Assembly (NCBI GenBank): GCA_964415865.1
Contig: CAYQBY010000001.1
Coordinates: 26,277-90,276 of the forward strand
From: an uncultured Piscirickettsiaceae bacterium
GTDB taxonomy: Bacteria > Pseudomonadota > Gammaproteobacteria > GCF-002020875
Length of the DNA: 64,000 nt
Direction of reading: 5' to 3'
In this document: in pieces, positions 31,701 through 44,866 of the stretch
Position numbering within the stretch: the first letter of the stretch is position 1
How the letters are laid out: each line of letters starts with the position of its first letter
Made by a program: the position numbers and the translations under genes
Notes under the pieces: model-generated
Databases searched by the model: none
What the model saw: the letters and a program-made list of their open reading frames with translations, nothing else
Told to the model about the DNA's origin: nothing

Positions 31701-32232
31701 TGAGCTAGTATCAGATCGTGATAAACAGGTTACCTTGGCAGGATTGATGATCTCCATGCGTGTGGTAAAGACCAGAACAGGAAAATCACTGGCAATTCTG
31801 GTGCTGGATGACAGAACTGGCAGGATTGAGATGACGCTTTTTGATGAATCATATGAAAAATATAGACACTTTCTGGAGAAGGATGCCATTCTTGTTGTTA
31901 GAGGAACAGTGACTGAGGATGACTATAGTGGTGGGCTGAGAATGAATGCCGAGGAGCTTTGGAGTCTTGACAGTGCTCGAGCCAACTACATGAAGAGGTT
32001 GATTATTCATCTGGATAAAGGCCAACTGGTTGGGAGTCCAGCAGATTATCTGGCCGGCATGCTGAAGCCATTTTGTGAGGGAAACTGCCCAGTGCAGATC
32101 CATTACCAGCAACCACAGGCGACCGTAAAGATGGATCTTGGTGCTGAATGGAATGTGCAGCCAAGTGAATCCCTCTTTCATCGTCTCAGAGAGCATCTGG
32201 GTCAAGATAGTGTTGTGCCTGATTACGGGTAG
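28735..32232 (+). CDS. dnaE: DNA polymerase III alpha subunit
   Basis: 1165 aa; PHP domain, palm, OB fold; rnhB-dnaE-accA synteny. Confidence 0.95.
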   Translation: MSFVHLRLHSEYSMENGLIRIAPLMEELKIGGMSAVAVTDLGNMFATVKFYQAAVAAGIKPIIGAEVRVRPLAEGGVESRLVLLAQDNRGFKNLKTLISKSYLEGQHRGVPQLERTWFEGCTDGMIALSGGRGGDVGQALLAKEEDEAVGHLQLWMSLFPGRYYLELQRTARSGDENWNHAAITLAEKFELPVVATNDVHFLNKEEFDAHEARVCIHDGRVLDDPRRPKHFTVEQYLRSADEMQQLFEDIPEAIENSIEISKRCNVSLSLGNNYLPDFPIPAGLTIEQFFRQESEKGLEWRLKQLFDEPSIIEKQRSLYDDRLRIELDVINGMGFAGYFLIVADFIRWTKEQNIPVGPGRGSGAGSLVAYALKITDLDPLKYELLFERFLNPERVSMPDFDVDFCMDRRDEVIRYVADTYGHDRVSQIITYGRMNAKAVIRDVGRVQGHPYGMVDRIAKLIPFDLKMTLEKALNESEELRERYESDDDVKELIDLAQSLEGVARNAGKHAGGVVISPSDINDFTPVYCEESGSSLVTQFDKDDVEAVGLVKFDFLGLRTLTIIDWAVEMINRQRKGEGGEPLLIEKIDMADQETFKLLQACQTTAVFQLESSGMKELIGKLRPDSFEDIVALVALYRPGPLESGMVDNFIDRKHGREVVSYPDAKYQHDSLKTILEPTYGVILYQEQVMQIAQVLAGYSLGGADLLRRAMGKKKPEEMAKQRSIFESGAVANGIDSKLAMKIFDLVEKFAGYGFNKSHSAAYALISYQTAWLKAHYSAPFMAAVLSADMDNTDKVVTLIEECRVMHLDVHSPDINRSHFRFTVFDHKDVVYGLGAIKGVGEAAIEGIIEERESSGDYVDLFDFCRRVDLRKANKRVLESLIRAGAFDEVVPQVASMEIWDGRSTLMNSLPDAMKAAEQHVRDQERGQWDLFGEQEDSSNGVDITYNKAAPWSENDRLIGERDTLGLYLTGHPIEQHEDELGHMITQSISELVSDRDKQVTLAGLMISMRVVKTRTGKSLAILVLDDRTGRIEMTLFDESYEKYRHFLEKDAILVVRGTVTEDDYSGGLRMNAEELWSLDSARANYMKRLIIHLDKGQLVGSPADYLAGMLKPFCEGNCPVQIHYQQPQATVKMDLGAEWNVQPSESLFHRLREHLGQDSVVPDYG

Positions 32233-32304
32233 GGAATCTGTTTTTTTTGCGGTATAGTACGACTCAAGACAACAAACTGATTAGTAGAATACAGTCATTA
32301 AACT

Positions 32305-33264
32305 ATGAATCTTAATTTTCTGGAATTTGAGCAGCCCATTGCGGAGCTGGAGGCAAAAATTGAAGAGCTTCGCTATGTTGGTGATGATAGTGATCTGAAT
32401 ATCAGTGACGAGATTTCCAAGCTGGAGGAGAAAAGCAGAGAGTTGACGAGCTCTATTTTCTCATCTTTGAGTTCGTGGCAAATATCTCAGCTGGCAAGGC
32501 ATCCGCAGCGTCCCTATACGTTGGATTACATAGAAACCATATTGACTGATTTTCAGGAGCTGCATGGTGATCGTGCCTATGCTGATGATGCGGCTCTGGT
32601 CTGTGGGATGGCACGCCTGGAAGGGCATCCTGTTATGGTTATTGGGCATCAGAAGGGTAGAGATACCAAGGAAAAGGTCAGACGTAATTTTGGAATGCCG
32701 CGCCCAGAGGGGTACAGAAAGGCGTTACGGGTAATGCGTATGGCAGAGCGTTTTGGTCTTCCTGTCATCACATTTATTGACACCCCTGGAGCCTACCCTG
32801 GAATGGGTGCAGAAGAGCGTGGACAGAGTGAGGCCATTGCAAAGAACCTGTTTGCTATGGCACGTTTGCGTACTCCGATTATCTGCACTGTAATTGGTGA
32901 GGGTGGATCTGGCGGTGCATTGGCTGTTGGGGTCGGTGATCGAGTCAATATGATGTCCTATAGTACCTACTCTGTTATATCCCCAGAGGGATGTGCATCA
33001 ATTCTCTGGAAGAGTGCAGAGAAGGCATCTGATGCAGCGGAAGCGATGGGGTTGACCGCTCCCCGGCTCAAGGAGTTGGGGTTGATAGACTCTATTATTG
33101 CGGAGCCATTAGGTGGGGCGCACAGAGATCCTGCGGATGCTGCCGCGGCGCTCAAAAAAGAGTTGCTACTTCAGTTGAATGCGCTGAAACAGATAGATGC
33201 TGATCAGTTGCTGGAGAATCGTTATCAGCGTCTGATGAGTTATGGAAACTTCACATCCAGCTGA
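32305..33264 (+). CDS. accA: Acetyl-CoA carboxylase carboxyltransferase alpha subunit
   Basis: [22 protein letters not shown] canonical AccA, 319 aa. Confidence 0.95.
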   Translation: MNLNFLEFEQPIAELEAKIEELRYVGDDSDLNISDEISKLEEKSRELTSSIFSSLSSWQISQLARHPQRPYTLDYIETILTDFQELHGDRAYADDAALVCGMARLEGHPVMVIGHQKGRDTKEKVRRNFGMPRPEGYRKALRVMRMAERFGLPVITFIDTPGAYPGMGAEERGQSEAIAKNLFAMARLRTPIICTVIGEGGSGGALAVGVGDRVNMMSYSTYSVISPEGCASILWKSAEKASDAAEAMGLTAPRLKELGLIDSIIAEPLGGAHRDPADAAAALKKELLLQLNALKQIDADQLLENRYQRLMSYGNFTSS

Positions 33265-34648
33265 TCCTGTATGTGGAGAGTTCTCTCCTCAACAGCTAGT
33301 TCCATTCCTGAATAAACATCCTGTATCGGGCACTATTTTTGTTGCCTTTAGTGGTGGTGTCGATTCATCAGCCCTTCTTCACGCGCTTGCAATGTTGCGA
33401 AGTGAGGGTGATTACGGTTTTGCAGTTGAGGCAATTCATGTTAATCATGGTTTGCAGAGTGAGTCTGTGCAGTGGGGAGAGCACTGCCAGAGGTTCTGTA
33501 ATCAGCTTGAGGTACCTCTGCATCTGCTGAAAGTAGATGCCAAACCAAAGTCAGGAGAGAGCCCGGAGGAATCGGCAAGGAAGGCACGTTATCATGCATT
33601 TGCCGAGCAGATACAAAATGGTGACCAGCTGTTTACTGCACACCACCAGGAAGATCAGGCGGAGACATTTTTGTTACAGGCATTACGCGGAGCAGGTCCG
33701 CGCGGTCTCTCTGCAATGGGTGAGGTAGTTCTGTTCTCTGAGGGAGAGTTGATGCGGCCACTGTTGCAATTCTCCCAACAGTCACTACAGGAATACGCGC
33801 TTAGAGAGCATCTGGAGTGGGTCGAGGACCCTACCAACCAGGAGCAGTCAGCGGACCGAAATTATATTCGTCACGAAATTCTGCCTCGTCTAAAGACACG
33901 TTGGACGGCAGCAGCATCAACCCTGTCACGTAGTGCAAGACACTGTGCTGAGGCCTCACTGCTAATAGAGACATGGTCAGCTGAACAGCTGAATGGGGTT
34001 GCTGTGGGAGATCCTATGCCAATATTTGAGCTGGAGCCGGTAGAAAACAGGAGGGCACGGATACGTCATTGGCTGGAAAAAAATGGAGCAGGATTGCCTG
34101 ATGCAGTGCATTTGCAGAGAATCATCAAAGAGGTGATTGAGGCGAGAAAGGATGCAACACCACTGGTGCGCTGGAAAAATCGTGAACAGAGAGAGGTGGC
34201 AGTCCGACGTTTCCAGAATTTGCTCTACCTGGTGATGGATGAAGAGAGGTATAACTTCCCTGATGTTTGTGTGGAATGGGACTTGCTGCACCCTATGGTT
34301 ATCCCGGAGTTGGGGGTCAAGTTGGTTGGCAGGAGAATTGCCGGCGATGGCATCAGGGAGGAGTTGTTGCAAGGTAGACGAGTGACTGTCCGTTCACGTG
34401 TGGGAGGCGAGCGTTGTTACTCAGGGGGATCAAAACAGAGGAGAACATTAAAAAATTTATTACGAGAAAGAGCTGTACCACCCTGGAAGAGGAACAGAAT
34501 TCCCCTGGTTTTTGTTGATGATGAATTGGCTCAGGTGGTTGGAGAGTTTGTATGCGACACTTTTGCTGCAGGAGATCTGTCTGATGAGCAGAAAGATGCA
34601 CAAAACGTGAAGGTTGGTCTATTGATTGAGGTTGTTCCGCAAGGGTGA
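33242..34648 (+). CDS. tilS: tRNA(Ile)-lysidine synthetase
   Basis: PP-loop [13 protein letters not shown], 468 aa, follows accA as in E. coli. Confidence 0.85.
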   Translation: METSHPADPVCGEFSPQQLVPFLNKHPVSGTIFVAFSGGVDSSALLHALAMLRSEGDYGFAVEAIHVNHGLQSESVQWGEHCQRFCNQLEVPLHLLKVDAKPKSGESPEESARKARYHAFAEQIQNGDQLFTAHHQEDQAETFLLQALRGAGPRGLSAMGEVVLFSEGELMRPLLQFSQQSLQEYALREHLEWVEDPTNQEQSADRNYIRHEILPRLKTRWTAAASTLSRSARHCAEASLLIETWSAEQLNGVAVGDPMPIFELEPVENRRARIRHWLEKNGAGLPDAVHLQRIIKEVIEARKDATPLVRWKNREQREVAVRRFQNLLYLVMDEERYNFPDVCVEWDLLHPMVIPELGVKLVGRRIAGDGIREELLQGRRVTVRSRVGGERCYSGGSKQRRTLKNLLRERAVPPWKRNRIPLVFVDDELAQVVGEFVCDTFAAGDLSDEQKDAQNVKVGLLIEVVPQG

Positions 34649-34727
34649 AGAGGCGAAGAAAAAATGCTTTCACTTGCTACGGGTTCTATTCTCGGACAAG
34701 CTCCTGAGGTACAATGACTCTCCATGA

Positions 34728-36416
<1,689 letters not shown>

Positions 36417-36465
36417 CAAACACCACGTTTGCATTAGCAGTAGATAGAGGCAAAGGAGCCAGAAA

Positions 36466-37296
36466 ATGAATTTATGTGGATTTGAGGTAGGTCTTGATCA
36501 GCCACTATTTTTGATTGCTGGGCCATGTGTCATTGAGAGTAGGCAACTGGCACTGGATACGGCTGGTGAGATGAAGGAGATTACAGATAGACTAGGTATT
36601 CCATTTATCTATAAATCCTCTTTTGATAAGGCTAATCGTACCTCTATATCTAGCTATCGTGGGCCCGGGATTGATGAGGGATTGCGTATTCTCTCCGATG
36701 TGAAGGAGCAGATTGGAACACCAGTTTTGACCGACGTACATGAGGATACCCCGCTTGATGAGGTTAGCCAGGTTGTAGATGTATTACAGACCCCGGCATT
36801 TTTATGTCGTCAGACCAATTTTATTCAGGATGTTGCAAAACAGGGGTTGCCGGTAAATATCAAAAAGGGACAATTTCTCTCTCCATGGGATATGGGAAAT
36901 GTGACCGAGAAGGCTAAAGCCACCGGAAATATGCAGATCATGGCATGTGAACGGGGAGCAAGTTTTGGATACAATAATCTGGTCTCAGATATGCGTTCAT
37001 TGGCAGTGATGCGTGAAACAGGATGTCCGGTTGTATTTGATGGAACGCACTCAGTGCAGTTGCCAGGTGGTCAGGGGGGAACCTCTGGAGGGCAGCGCGA
37101 ATTTGTCCCTGTATTGGCACGAGCAGCTGTGGCAGTTGGAGTGTCCGGACTATTTATGGAGACTCATCCTGATCCTGACAAAGCACTGAGTGATGGCCCG
37201 AATGCCTGGCCTCTGAACAGGATGGAGACTCTGTTGGAGACTCTGAAGGCGATTGATTCTAGTGTAAAGAGTATGGGATTTGCAGAACAGGGATAG
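36466..37296 (+). CDS. kdsA: 3-deoxy-8-phosphooctulonate synthase (KDO8P synthase)
   Basis: Collinear with E. coli KdsA (276 aa). Confidence 0.95.
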   Translation: MNLCGFEVGLDQPLFLIAGPCVIESRQLALDTAGEMKEITDRLGIPFIYKSSFDKANRTSISSYRGPGIDEGLRILSDVKEQIGTPVLTDVHEDTPLDEVSQVVDVLQTPAFLCRQTNFIQDVAKQGLPVNIKKGQFLSPWDMGNVTEKAKATGNMQIMACERGASFGYNNLVSDMRSLAVMRETGCPVVFDGTHSVQLPGGQGGTSGGQREFVPVLARAAVAVGVSGLFMETHPDPDKALSDGPNAWPLNRMETLLETLKAIDSSVKSMGFAEQG

Positions 37297-37335
37297 TATT
37301 CAGTCATCTGTTTGGAAATAGTATTGTTAAATTAA

Positions 37336-38631
<1,296 letters not shown>

Positions 38632-38652
38632 TCAGAAACTGATCAGCAGACG

Positions 38653-38988
38653 ATGACTATTCGTCTGCTGATTATCGTGCTCTTGTTTTTTCTTGGCTCC
38701 TTGCAGTACAAGCTGTGGATTTCTGAAAAGGGGATTTTACGACTTTGGGATATGGAGCATTCAATTGCCAGGCAGAGTGAGATGAATGTCAGGCTGGAGA
38801 GATGTAATCGAGAACTGCGTGCCGAGGTGGTTGATCTTAAGCATGGAAGAGATGCACTTGAGGAACGTGCCAGGAGTGATCTTGGAATGGTTAAGTCAGG
38901 AGAGATATTCGTCTCTGTGGTAAATTCTGTAGCAGCTCCTTACCATGACACAGATGAGAATGGCCCATGCACGCAAAACATCCAATGA
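38653..38988 (+). CDS. ftsB: Cell division protein FtsB
   Basis: N-terminal TM plus coiled coil, collinear with E. coli FtsB; ftsB-ispD-ispF-truD order. Confidence 0.85.
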   Translation: MTIRLLIIVLLFFLGSLQYKLWISEKGILRLWDMEHSIARQSEMNVRLERCNRELRAEVVDLKHGRDALEERARSDLGMVKSGEIFVSVVNSVAAPYHDTDENGPCTQNIQ

Positions 38989-39680
38989 TCTGGGCTATTG
39001 TTCCAGCTGCCGGAATTGGATCACGTATGCAGGCGGATCGTCCCAAACAGTATATTGATCTTGCCGGTGTATCAGTTATTAAACGCAGTATTGAGGTGCT
39101 GTTTTCACTCAATAAAATAGAGGGTGTAGTGGTTGCCATTGCAGCATCAGATCGTTGGTGGGCTGAGGTTAACTTTGATGATTCTGAGATAGTTAAGAAA
39201 ATTATGGTTGTTGAGGGCGGCGCAGAGCGCTCTGATTCTGTATTGAGCGCCCTGGATCTATTGGCTGAGCGCGCATCTGATGATGATTGGGTTCTGGTGC
39301 ATGATGCGGCACGGCCATGTCTTCGAGCTGATGATCTTGCATCTATAGTTAGTCAGTTATGGGATCATCCTGTTGGGGGTATTCTTGCGGCTCCGCTTTC
39401 GGATACCATTAAACGGTCTGATGACAAGGATGAGATTGTGGAAACGGTTGAGCGTTCGGGTTTATGGAGAGCACTGACACCACAGATGTTTCGGTTGGGG
39501 CTGCTGAGGAGAGCCTTGCTGCAGAGCAAGAAGGATGGGGTTGCAGTTACAGATGATGCCCAGGCAATAGAGCGTCTTGGGCTACGACCAAAACTGGTGA
39601 AGGGGGATGCGGGAAATATGAAGATCACCAATCCAGGGGATATTCTCGTGGCGGAAGAGATAATTGGCAGGGGGCTATAG
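38985..39680 (+). CDS. ispD: 2-C-methyl-D-erythritol 4-phosphate cytidylyltransferase
   Basis: AIVPAAGIGSRM motif; ATGA overlap with ftsB (alternative ATG at 38967). Confidence 0.9.
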   Translation: MIWAIVPAAGIGSRMQADRPKQYIDLAGVSVIKRSIEVLFSLNKIEGVVVAIAASDRWWAEVNFDDSEIVKKIMVVEGGAERSDSVLSALDLLAERASDDDWVLVHDAARPCLRADDLASIVSQLWDHPVGGILAAPLSDTIKRSDDKDEIVETVERSGLWRALTPQMFRLGLLRRALLQSKKDGVAVTDDAQAIERLGLRPKLVKGDAGNMKITNPGDILVAEEIIGRGL

Positions 39681-39683
39681 TAG

Positions 39684-40157
39684 ATGAGGATAGGTCACGG
39701 TTTTGATGTGCACGCCTTTGAGGATGGTGATCATCTGATGCTTTGTGGTGTAAGGATTCCATACGATAAAAAATTCAAGGCGCACTCAGATGGAGATGTT
39801 GCCATTCATGCTCTATGTGATTCTCTGTTGGGGGCAGTTGCATTGGGTGATATTGGAAAATTATTTCCCGACAGCGATGATAAGTACCATGGGGTGGATA
39901 GCCGTTTACTCCTGAGAGATGTTATGGCCAGAGTTGGGGAGAGAGGTTATCAGGTTGGTAATATAGATCTGACAATTGTTGCCCAGGAGCCAAAATTGGC
40001 AGGATATATTCAAGCCATGAGGGAGGTGCTTGCAGATGATCTGGGTGTTGAACTGGATCAAGTCAATGTAAAGGCCACTACAACAGAGCAACTTGGTTTT
40101 ATCGGAAAGCAACATGGTGTTGCTGTACATTCAGTTGCTCTTCTAATTCCAGAATAA
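39684..40157 (+). CDS. ispF: 2-C-methyl-D-erythritol 2,4-cyclodiphosphate synthase
   Basis: [12 protein letters not shown] canonical start; 157 aa. Confidence 0.95.
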   Translation: MRIGHGFDVHAFEDGDHLMLCGVRIPYDKKFKAHSDGDVAIHALCDSLLGAVALGDIGKLFPDSDDKYHGVDSRLLLRDVMARVGERGYQVGNIDLTIVAQEPKLAGYIQAMREVLADDLGVELDQVNVKATTTEQLGFIGKQHGVAVHSVALLIPE

Positions 40158-40158
40158 C

Positions 40159-41208
40159 ATGGCGCAATCACTGCCGTACGCGCATGGTGCGCCAGTAGCC
40201 ACTGCAAAAATCAGAAACTCTCCGGAAGATTTTCAGGTAACTGAGGATCTAGGTTTTGCTCCATCTGGTGATGGACAACATCAGATGATCGAGATTGAAA
40301 AAAGGGAGATGAATAGTGATCAAATTGCCTCAATTTTAGCGAAACATATTGGGGTGAAGCGCAGGGATGTAGGGTTGGCTGGGCTGAAGGATCGTTTTGC
40401 CATTACCCGGCAGTGGTTCTCGGTTGATGTTGCGGGCAAAGAGATTCCAGATTGGTATGAACTGGAGGAGAGGGAGCTGGCAGATGGCCAAAGCATAAAG
40501 ATTGTTCAGGTACACAACCATGCAAAAAAAATACGTAGAGGTGCACTTAAGGGGAATAACTTCAAGTTGGTTCTACGTACGGTAGAGGGCGACCGTGAAC
40601 AGTTGGAGGACCGTCTGGAGCAGGTGAAAGATGAGGGAGTTCCAAACTATTTTGGTGAGCAGCGTTTTGGCAGGGGTGGAGGAAATGTAGCACGAGCCCT
40701 GCAGATGTTTAATAGACAATACCGTCCACGAGGAAAACATGAACGTGGGTTATTGCTCTCATCAGTGCGTTCTGAAATCTTTAACCAGATCTGTGCAAAA
40801 CGGGTTGAAGCAGAGAGCTGGAACCATCCCTTGAGAGGTGAGGTGTATGCCTTGGCAAAAAGTCGTGCCTGGTTTCATGAGGAACAGGCAGATGAGGAGA
40901 TTCTCAGACGGATAGCTGAGCATGATATCCACCCCACAGCGCCACTATGGGGCAGAGGAAGATTGGATTCCACAGCTGATGCAAGAGAGTTTGAGGAGTC
41001 AGCAGTTGTTGGAATGGAAGAGATGTGTGACGGCTTGGAGCGTGCAGGGATGTCTCAGGATCGTCGTGCGCTCAGGGTAGTGCCAGATAATATGAGCTGG
41101 CAGTGGCTGGATGGCGGTGATTTGGAGATGAGCTTTTGGCTTCCGTCTGGTAGCTACGCCACTGTTGTAATGAGAGAGATAGTCTCAGATATTTCGTCTC
41201 TTCAGTAA
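40159..41208 (+). CDS. truD: tRNA pseudouridine(13) synthase
   Basis: Collinear with E. coli TruD incl. NYFGxQRFG motif; 349 aa. Confidence 0.9.
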   Translation: MAQSLPYAHGAPVATAKIRNSPEDFQVTEDLGFAPSGDGQHQMIEIEKREMNSDQIASILAKHIGVKRRDVGLAGLKDRFAITRQWFSVDVAGKEIPDWYELEERELADGQSIKIVQVHNHAKKIRRGALKGNNFKLVLRTVEGDREQLEDRLEQVKDEGVPNYFGEQRFGRGGGNVARALQMFNRQYRPRGKHERGLLLSSVRSEIFNQICAKRVEAESWNHPLRGEVYALAKSRAWFHEEQADEEILRRIAEHDIHPTAPLWGRGRLDSTADAREFEESAVVGMEEMCDGLERAGMSQDRRALRVVPDNMSWQWLDGGDLEMSFWLPSGSYATVVMREIVSDISSLQ

Positions 41209-41766
41209 TACATAGAGCGCTCCAGTTCCCCCGTCTCTCTGGCGTGCAGAGCAGAAGGCAAGAACACTCTCATGCCGCCTAAGCCACTGGTTTACCCTGC
41301 TTTTTAGAATCGGAAGTTGATCGATAGAACGATTCCCCTTGCCGTGAATAAGCTGAAAGCAGCGCACTCCATCCCGTGTTCCCTGTTTAATAAAAGCATC
41401 CAGCTCTATAGCTGCGTCAGCACTACTAAGGCCGTGTAGATCAAGCTCGGCTGTGGAGCACAGATCTCCCCGTCTGAATTGCTTTAGGGTGGAGCTAGGG
41501 AGCTCTCCACGCAGATAGAATAGGCTCTCCTCAGATTGGACCATCTCCAGTAATGGATCATCTCTGTCTATCTCAAAAAATGAATGCTTCTGTTGTGGGG
41601 AGTCATCTGTTTTCGCTTTAAGAGGTGGCCTCTGTAGAGAGGTATTGACACGATTCTTGTTCTTTAATGGGCGCACATCATGGGTAACTTCACGGAACAG
41701 TGCTGCATCATCGCTGTTTATTGCAGGATCACTCTTCGAGTCTGTCATGAAAATAGCTCTCTCCAC
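41185..41766 (-). CDS. smrB: Smr-domain endonuclease SmrB-like (ribosome-rescue nuclease family)
   Basis: ELDLHGL...HGKG Smr signature and N-terminal ALFR motif like E. coli SmrB; 3' end overlaps truD 3' end by 24 nt (convergent). Confidence 0.8.
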   Translation of the reverse strand: MERAIFMTDSKSDPAINSDDAALFREVTHDVRPLKNKNRVNTSLQRPPLKAKTDDSPQQKHSFFEIDRDDPLLEMVQSEESLFYLRGELPSSTLKQFRRGDLCSTAELDLHGLSSADAAIELDAFIKQGTRDGVRCFQLIHGKGNRSIDQLPILKSRVNQWLRRHESVLAFCSARQRDGGTGALYVLLKRRNI

Positions 41767-42194
41767 CAGCGTTTGCGATTTCCGGGAAGAATTTGCACGG
41801 GCTGTAAATCCTCAGGCATCTCTCTGGACAGTACCCATCCTGGTAGAGGAGGTGTTTCACTTGATCCACATGAGACTCCCAGATTGTTCGGATCATAAAT
41901 TTTTATCATGGTCGGAGTGTCAGAGTGGTCGGTATAGACAATTCCGCAGACCCTTTCGTTATGCTCTTTGTGCAGAAGAGCATCAATGTTGGAGATGAAG
42001 TGGTGAAATTCATCTGCTGAAGATGTGGTTGTTGGTGGTGTTTCACCTACAGCATAGATATACCATCCATCTGATTCTCCACCACGCAGATGTTCCCAGA
42101 ATATGGCAAGATCATCCCACTGAAGCAGGCTACTGAAAGCCCCGTTGAAGGTTTTGCGATATATGGACTGCGGCTCGTTCATCTGCGGGATCAT
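41745..42194 (-). CDS. Hypothetical protein (about 150 aa), unknown function
   Basis: ORF between gluQ and smrB; start at ATG 42194 gives ATGA-type junction with gluQ stop (longer form to 42257 would overlap gluQ by 67 nt). Confidence 0.45.
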   Translation of the reverse strand: MIPQMNEPQSIYRKTFNGAFSSLLQWDDLAIFWEHLRGGESDGWYIYAVGETPPTTTSSADEFHHFISNIDALLHKEHNERVCGIVYTDHSDTPTMIKIYDPNNLGVSCGSSETPPLPGWVLSREMPEDLQPVQILPGNRKRWWRELFS

Positions 42195-43078
42195 ACCTGA
42201 ATAGACGGTTTTCCGAGGCTCTTGTTGCTGCTCCAATGGGTTAATGCCCACTCCCATATCGTCTCCAGTGGGTATCTTGTCAGGCTGTCTGGTGGGTTCT
42301 GTCCCAAAAACTCAAGAGCATTAAGTATATTTGCGGTAGCTCTATTATTGTCAACTGGTTCAGCTCCATGTTGTTTGCTCAATTTGTTTCCGGTTTTGTC
42401 TATAGCTACTGGCAGGTGAGCATATTTGGGAGTTGTATAGTTGAGTTGCTGTTGTAGGCAAATCTGTCTTGGAGTTGATTCCAATAGATCACTGCCTCGT
42501 ACAATGTGGGTGATCCCCTGCAGGTGATCATCAACCACTACTGCCAACTGGTATGCGTGGAGTCCATCACTGCGACGGATGATAAAGTCACCAATGTCAC
42601 TCGCCATATTCCATGAGCATCTTCCTTGCCACATGTCATCAACTGAAATGAGCTCACTGCCAGTCCTGATACGGATGGCATGGTTCTCCAGAGATAGCCC
42701 TTTATTGCGACACTTTCCTGGATAGATAGCTGCCCCCTTAAGCTGCTTGCGGCTACATTCACAACCAAATAATAGATCCAACTCAGTAAGTAACTCAAGA
42801 GCCTCCTGATAGTAGTTATTGCGATCACTTTGAAAAACAATAGATTGGTCCCAATACATCTGGTGCTTTTCCAGGGTATTCAGAATGGCATCTGCAGCAC
42901 CGGGAACAGTTCTTGGTAGATCAAGATCCTCAATTCGAACCAGCCACTCTCCACGGTTTGCTTTTGCCTCAAGGTAGCTCCCTACGGCAGCAACCAGTGA
43001 GCCAAAGTGGAGGTCACCACTTGGCGACGGGGCAAATCGTCCCCTATAGTTGGTTGAGGTGGAATTATCTGGTTGCAA
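42191..43078 (-). CDS. gluQ: Glutamyl-Q tRNA(Asp) synthetase
   Basis: YRGRFAPSPSGDLHFGSL (HIGH-like) and KLSKQ motif; collinear with E. coli GluQ; 295 aa. Confidence 0.9.
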   Translation of the reverse strand: MQPDNSTSTNYRGRFAPSPSGDLHFGSLVAAVGSYLEAKANRGEWLVRIEDLDLPRTVPGAADAILNTLEKHQMYWDQSIVFQSDRNNYYQEALELLTELDLLFGCECSRKQLKGAAIYPGKCRNKGLSLENHAIRIRTGSELISVDDMWQGRCSWNMASDIGDFIIRRSDGLHAYQLAVVVDDHLQGITHIVRGSDLLESTPRQICLQQQLNYTTPKYAHLPVAIDKTGNKLSKQHGAEPVDNNRATANILNALEFLGQNPPDSLTRYPLETIWEWALTHWSSNKSLGKPSIQV

Positions 43079-43103
43079 AGCTTATTGATATTTGTTAAAA
43101 TAA

Positions 43104-43133
43104 TTGAATACGTGATTAGATAAAATTTATATT
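43104..43133 (+). promoter_or_regulatory. Candidate sigma70 promoter for orf102 (TTGAAT -18 nt- TATATT)
   Basis: Hexamers with 18-nt spacer in AT-rich divergent region 17 nt before ATG 43150; no clear SD. Confidence 0.25.
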
Positions 43134-43149
43134 TGGAATATCTCATATT

Positions 43150-43458
43150 ATGCAAAAAAATGGAGAAAAAAGAGGAAATTGTCGCACTGTTATTGAAAGT
43201 AGAAACAGGGATGGCGATAAATTTCGCCCCAGTGACTGGATTGAGCGGATATCATCGCAGATCGCACAGTATGGCAGGGGCAGGAGCCTGAGTTATCGTG
43301 ACTGCGCACGCCCACGCATTATTAATGGTGAGAAGTGCCTGGTTATTGAGCAACGACTAAGTGTGAGAGACCCGGATGCCTACGCTTTTGTTAAAGAGTT
43401 TGCAGACACAAATAATCTAAAGATTAGAGAGGAGTGCCCGGACCCAAAAGAGGGCTGA
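43150..43458 (+). CDS. Hypothetical small basic protein (102 aa; KFRPSDW motif), unknown function
   Basis: Clean ORF on opposite strand between gluQ and dksA; stop is 4 nt from dksA stop. Confidence 0.5.
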   Translation: MQKNGEKRGNCRTVIESRNRDGDKFRPSDWIERISSQIAQYGRGRSLSYRDCARPRIINGEKCLVIEQRLSVRDPDAYAFVKEFADTNNLKIREECPDPKEG

Positions 43459-43462
43459 GCTC

Positions 43463-43900
43463 CTAGCTTGATTTTTCCTTGATCTCTTCAAGCTCTTTGC
43501 AATCGATGCAGAGAGTTGCTGTTGGGCGTGCCTCCAGCCGTTTAATGCCGATCTCGATGCCACAGGATTCACAGTAACCATACTCGTCACCATCCAGTTC
43601 ATGGAGAGTTTTATCGATTTTTCTGATCAGTTTGCGTTCGCGGTCACGGGTTCTCAGCTCCAGGGAGAACTCCTCCTCCAGAGTGGCTCTATCGCTCGGA
43701 TCAGGGAGATTGGCGGTCTCATCCTGCATATGGTGAACAGTCCGATCAACCTCTTCCATTAACTGATGTTTCCAGGCCAGAAGTACCTCTTCAAAGTGGT
43801 GCTTCTGGTTGTCGTTCATGTACTCCTCACCCCTCTTGGGCTTGTAAGGTTTGATGCCTCCGACTAGCAGAGTGGACTGCTTCTTTTTCTTTGCGGCCAT
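43463..43900 (-). CDS. dksA: RNA polymerase-binding transcription factor DksA
   Basis: C4 zinc finger [26 protein letters not shown], coiled-coil with DxxDxA tip; 145 aa. Confidence 0.95.
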   Translation of the reverse strand: MAAKKKKQSTLLVGGIKPYKPKRGEEYMNDNQKHHFEEVLLAWKHQLMEEVDRTVHHMQDETANLPDPSDRATLEEEFSLELRTRDRERKLIRKIDKTLHELDGDEYGYCESCGIEIGIKRLEARPTATLCIDCKELEEIKEKSS

Positions 43901-44113
43901 GCCGTTAATGCTCCTGACAGTATGAGAAAAGAGCGCATTGATACCAGATTGAATTCATTCTGGCAACCTAAATGTGCTAATTCAAAACCAAGAGAGGATA
44001 TTGCAGAGTAGTTTCCTGATCTCCTCTCCATGAGATAATGGTCGAGTATGATATCACGATGGTGATGAAAACAGGTGTTTCTCCAATGGTAAATGAATAG
44101 GAAAAAGCAGGTA

Positions 44114-44866
44114 ATGAAAGCGATAATTTTTGATGTTGATGGAACCTTGGCAGACACAGAGAGAGATGGGCATCGGGTTGCTTTTAACAGGGCATTTGTT
44201 GGTGCCGGACTTGACTGGGTTTGGAGTGAGGAGATGTATGGAAGGCTTCTGGCTGTTACTGGTGGAAAGGAGCGAATCAAACATTACATTGAGTTGGAGG
44301 ATCCTCAATATCCGGCTGTGAATGATTTGGGTGAGTGGATTGCGACTCTTCATGCAGCAAAAACAGAACACTTTGTCTCTCTATTGAAGTCTGGCGAGAT
44401 CCCTTTGCGCAGTGGTGTTCATAGAGTGTTGGCAGAGGCACATGATGCTGGGATTGTTCTCGCAATTGCCACCACCACAACCCCGCAAAATGTATCTGCA
44501 CTGTTGGAGCATGCCATGTTTCCTGGGGCTGAGTCATGGTTTCAGGTTATTGGTGCGGGTGATGTTGTACCCAACAAGAAACCGGCATCTGATATATATG
44601 ATTATGTGCTGGAGCAGCTGGGAGTTACTGCTGCTGAATGTATCGCCCTGGAGGATTCTCATAATGGACTTAGATCCTCACTTGGTGCAGGGTTGAAAAC
44701 TATTGTGACCGTTAATGGTTATACCGAGGCAGAGGACTTTTCTGGTGCCGCACTGGTTCTGGATCAGATGGGTGAGTTGAATTCCCCATGTCATGTGTTG
44801 CAGGGAGATGGGGATGAAAAATCGATGCTCGATCTGGAGTGGATCAAGTCGGTATGGAGTAAATGA
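44114..44866 (+). CDS. cbbY: HAD-IA hydrolase CbbY-like (xylulose-1,5-bisphosphate phosphatase family)
   Basis: IIFDVDGTLADTERDGHRVAFN...LAVTGGKERI closely parallels CbbY of Rhodobacter/Allochromatium; alternative upstream ATG 44093. Confidence 0.75.
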   Translation: MKAIIFDVDGTLADTERDGHRVAFNRAFVGAGLDWVWSEEMYGRLLAVTGGKERIKHYIELEDPQYPAVNDLGEWIATLHAAKTEHFVSLLKSGEIPLRSGVHRVLAEAHDAGIVLAIATTTTPQNVSALLEHAMFPGAESWFQVIGAGDVVPNKKPASDIYDYVLEQLGVTAAECIALEDSHNGLRSSLGAGLKTIVTVNGYTEAEDFSGAALVLDQMGELNSPCHVLQGDGDEKSMLDLEWIKSVWSK

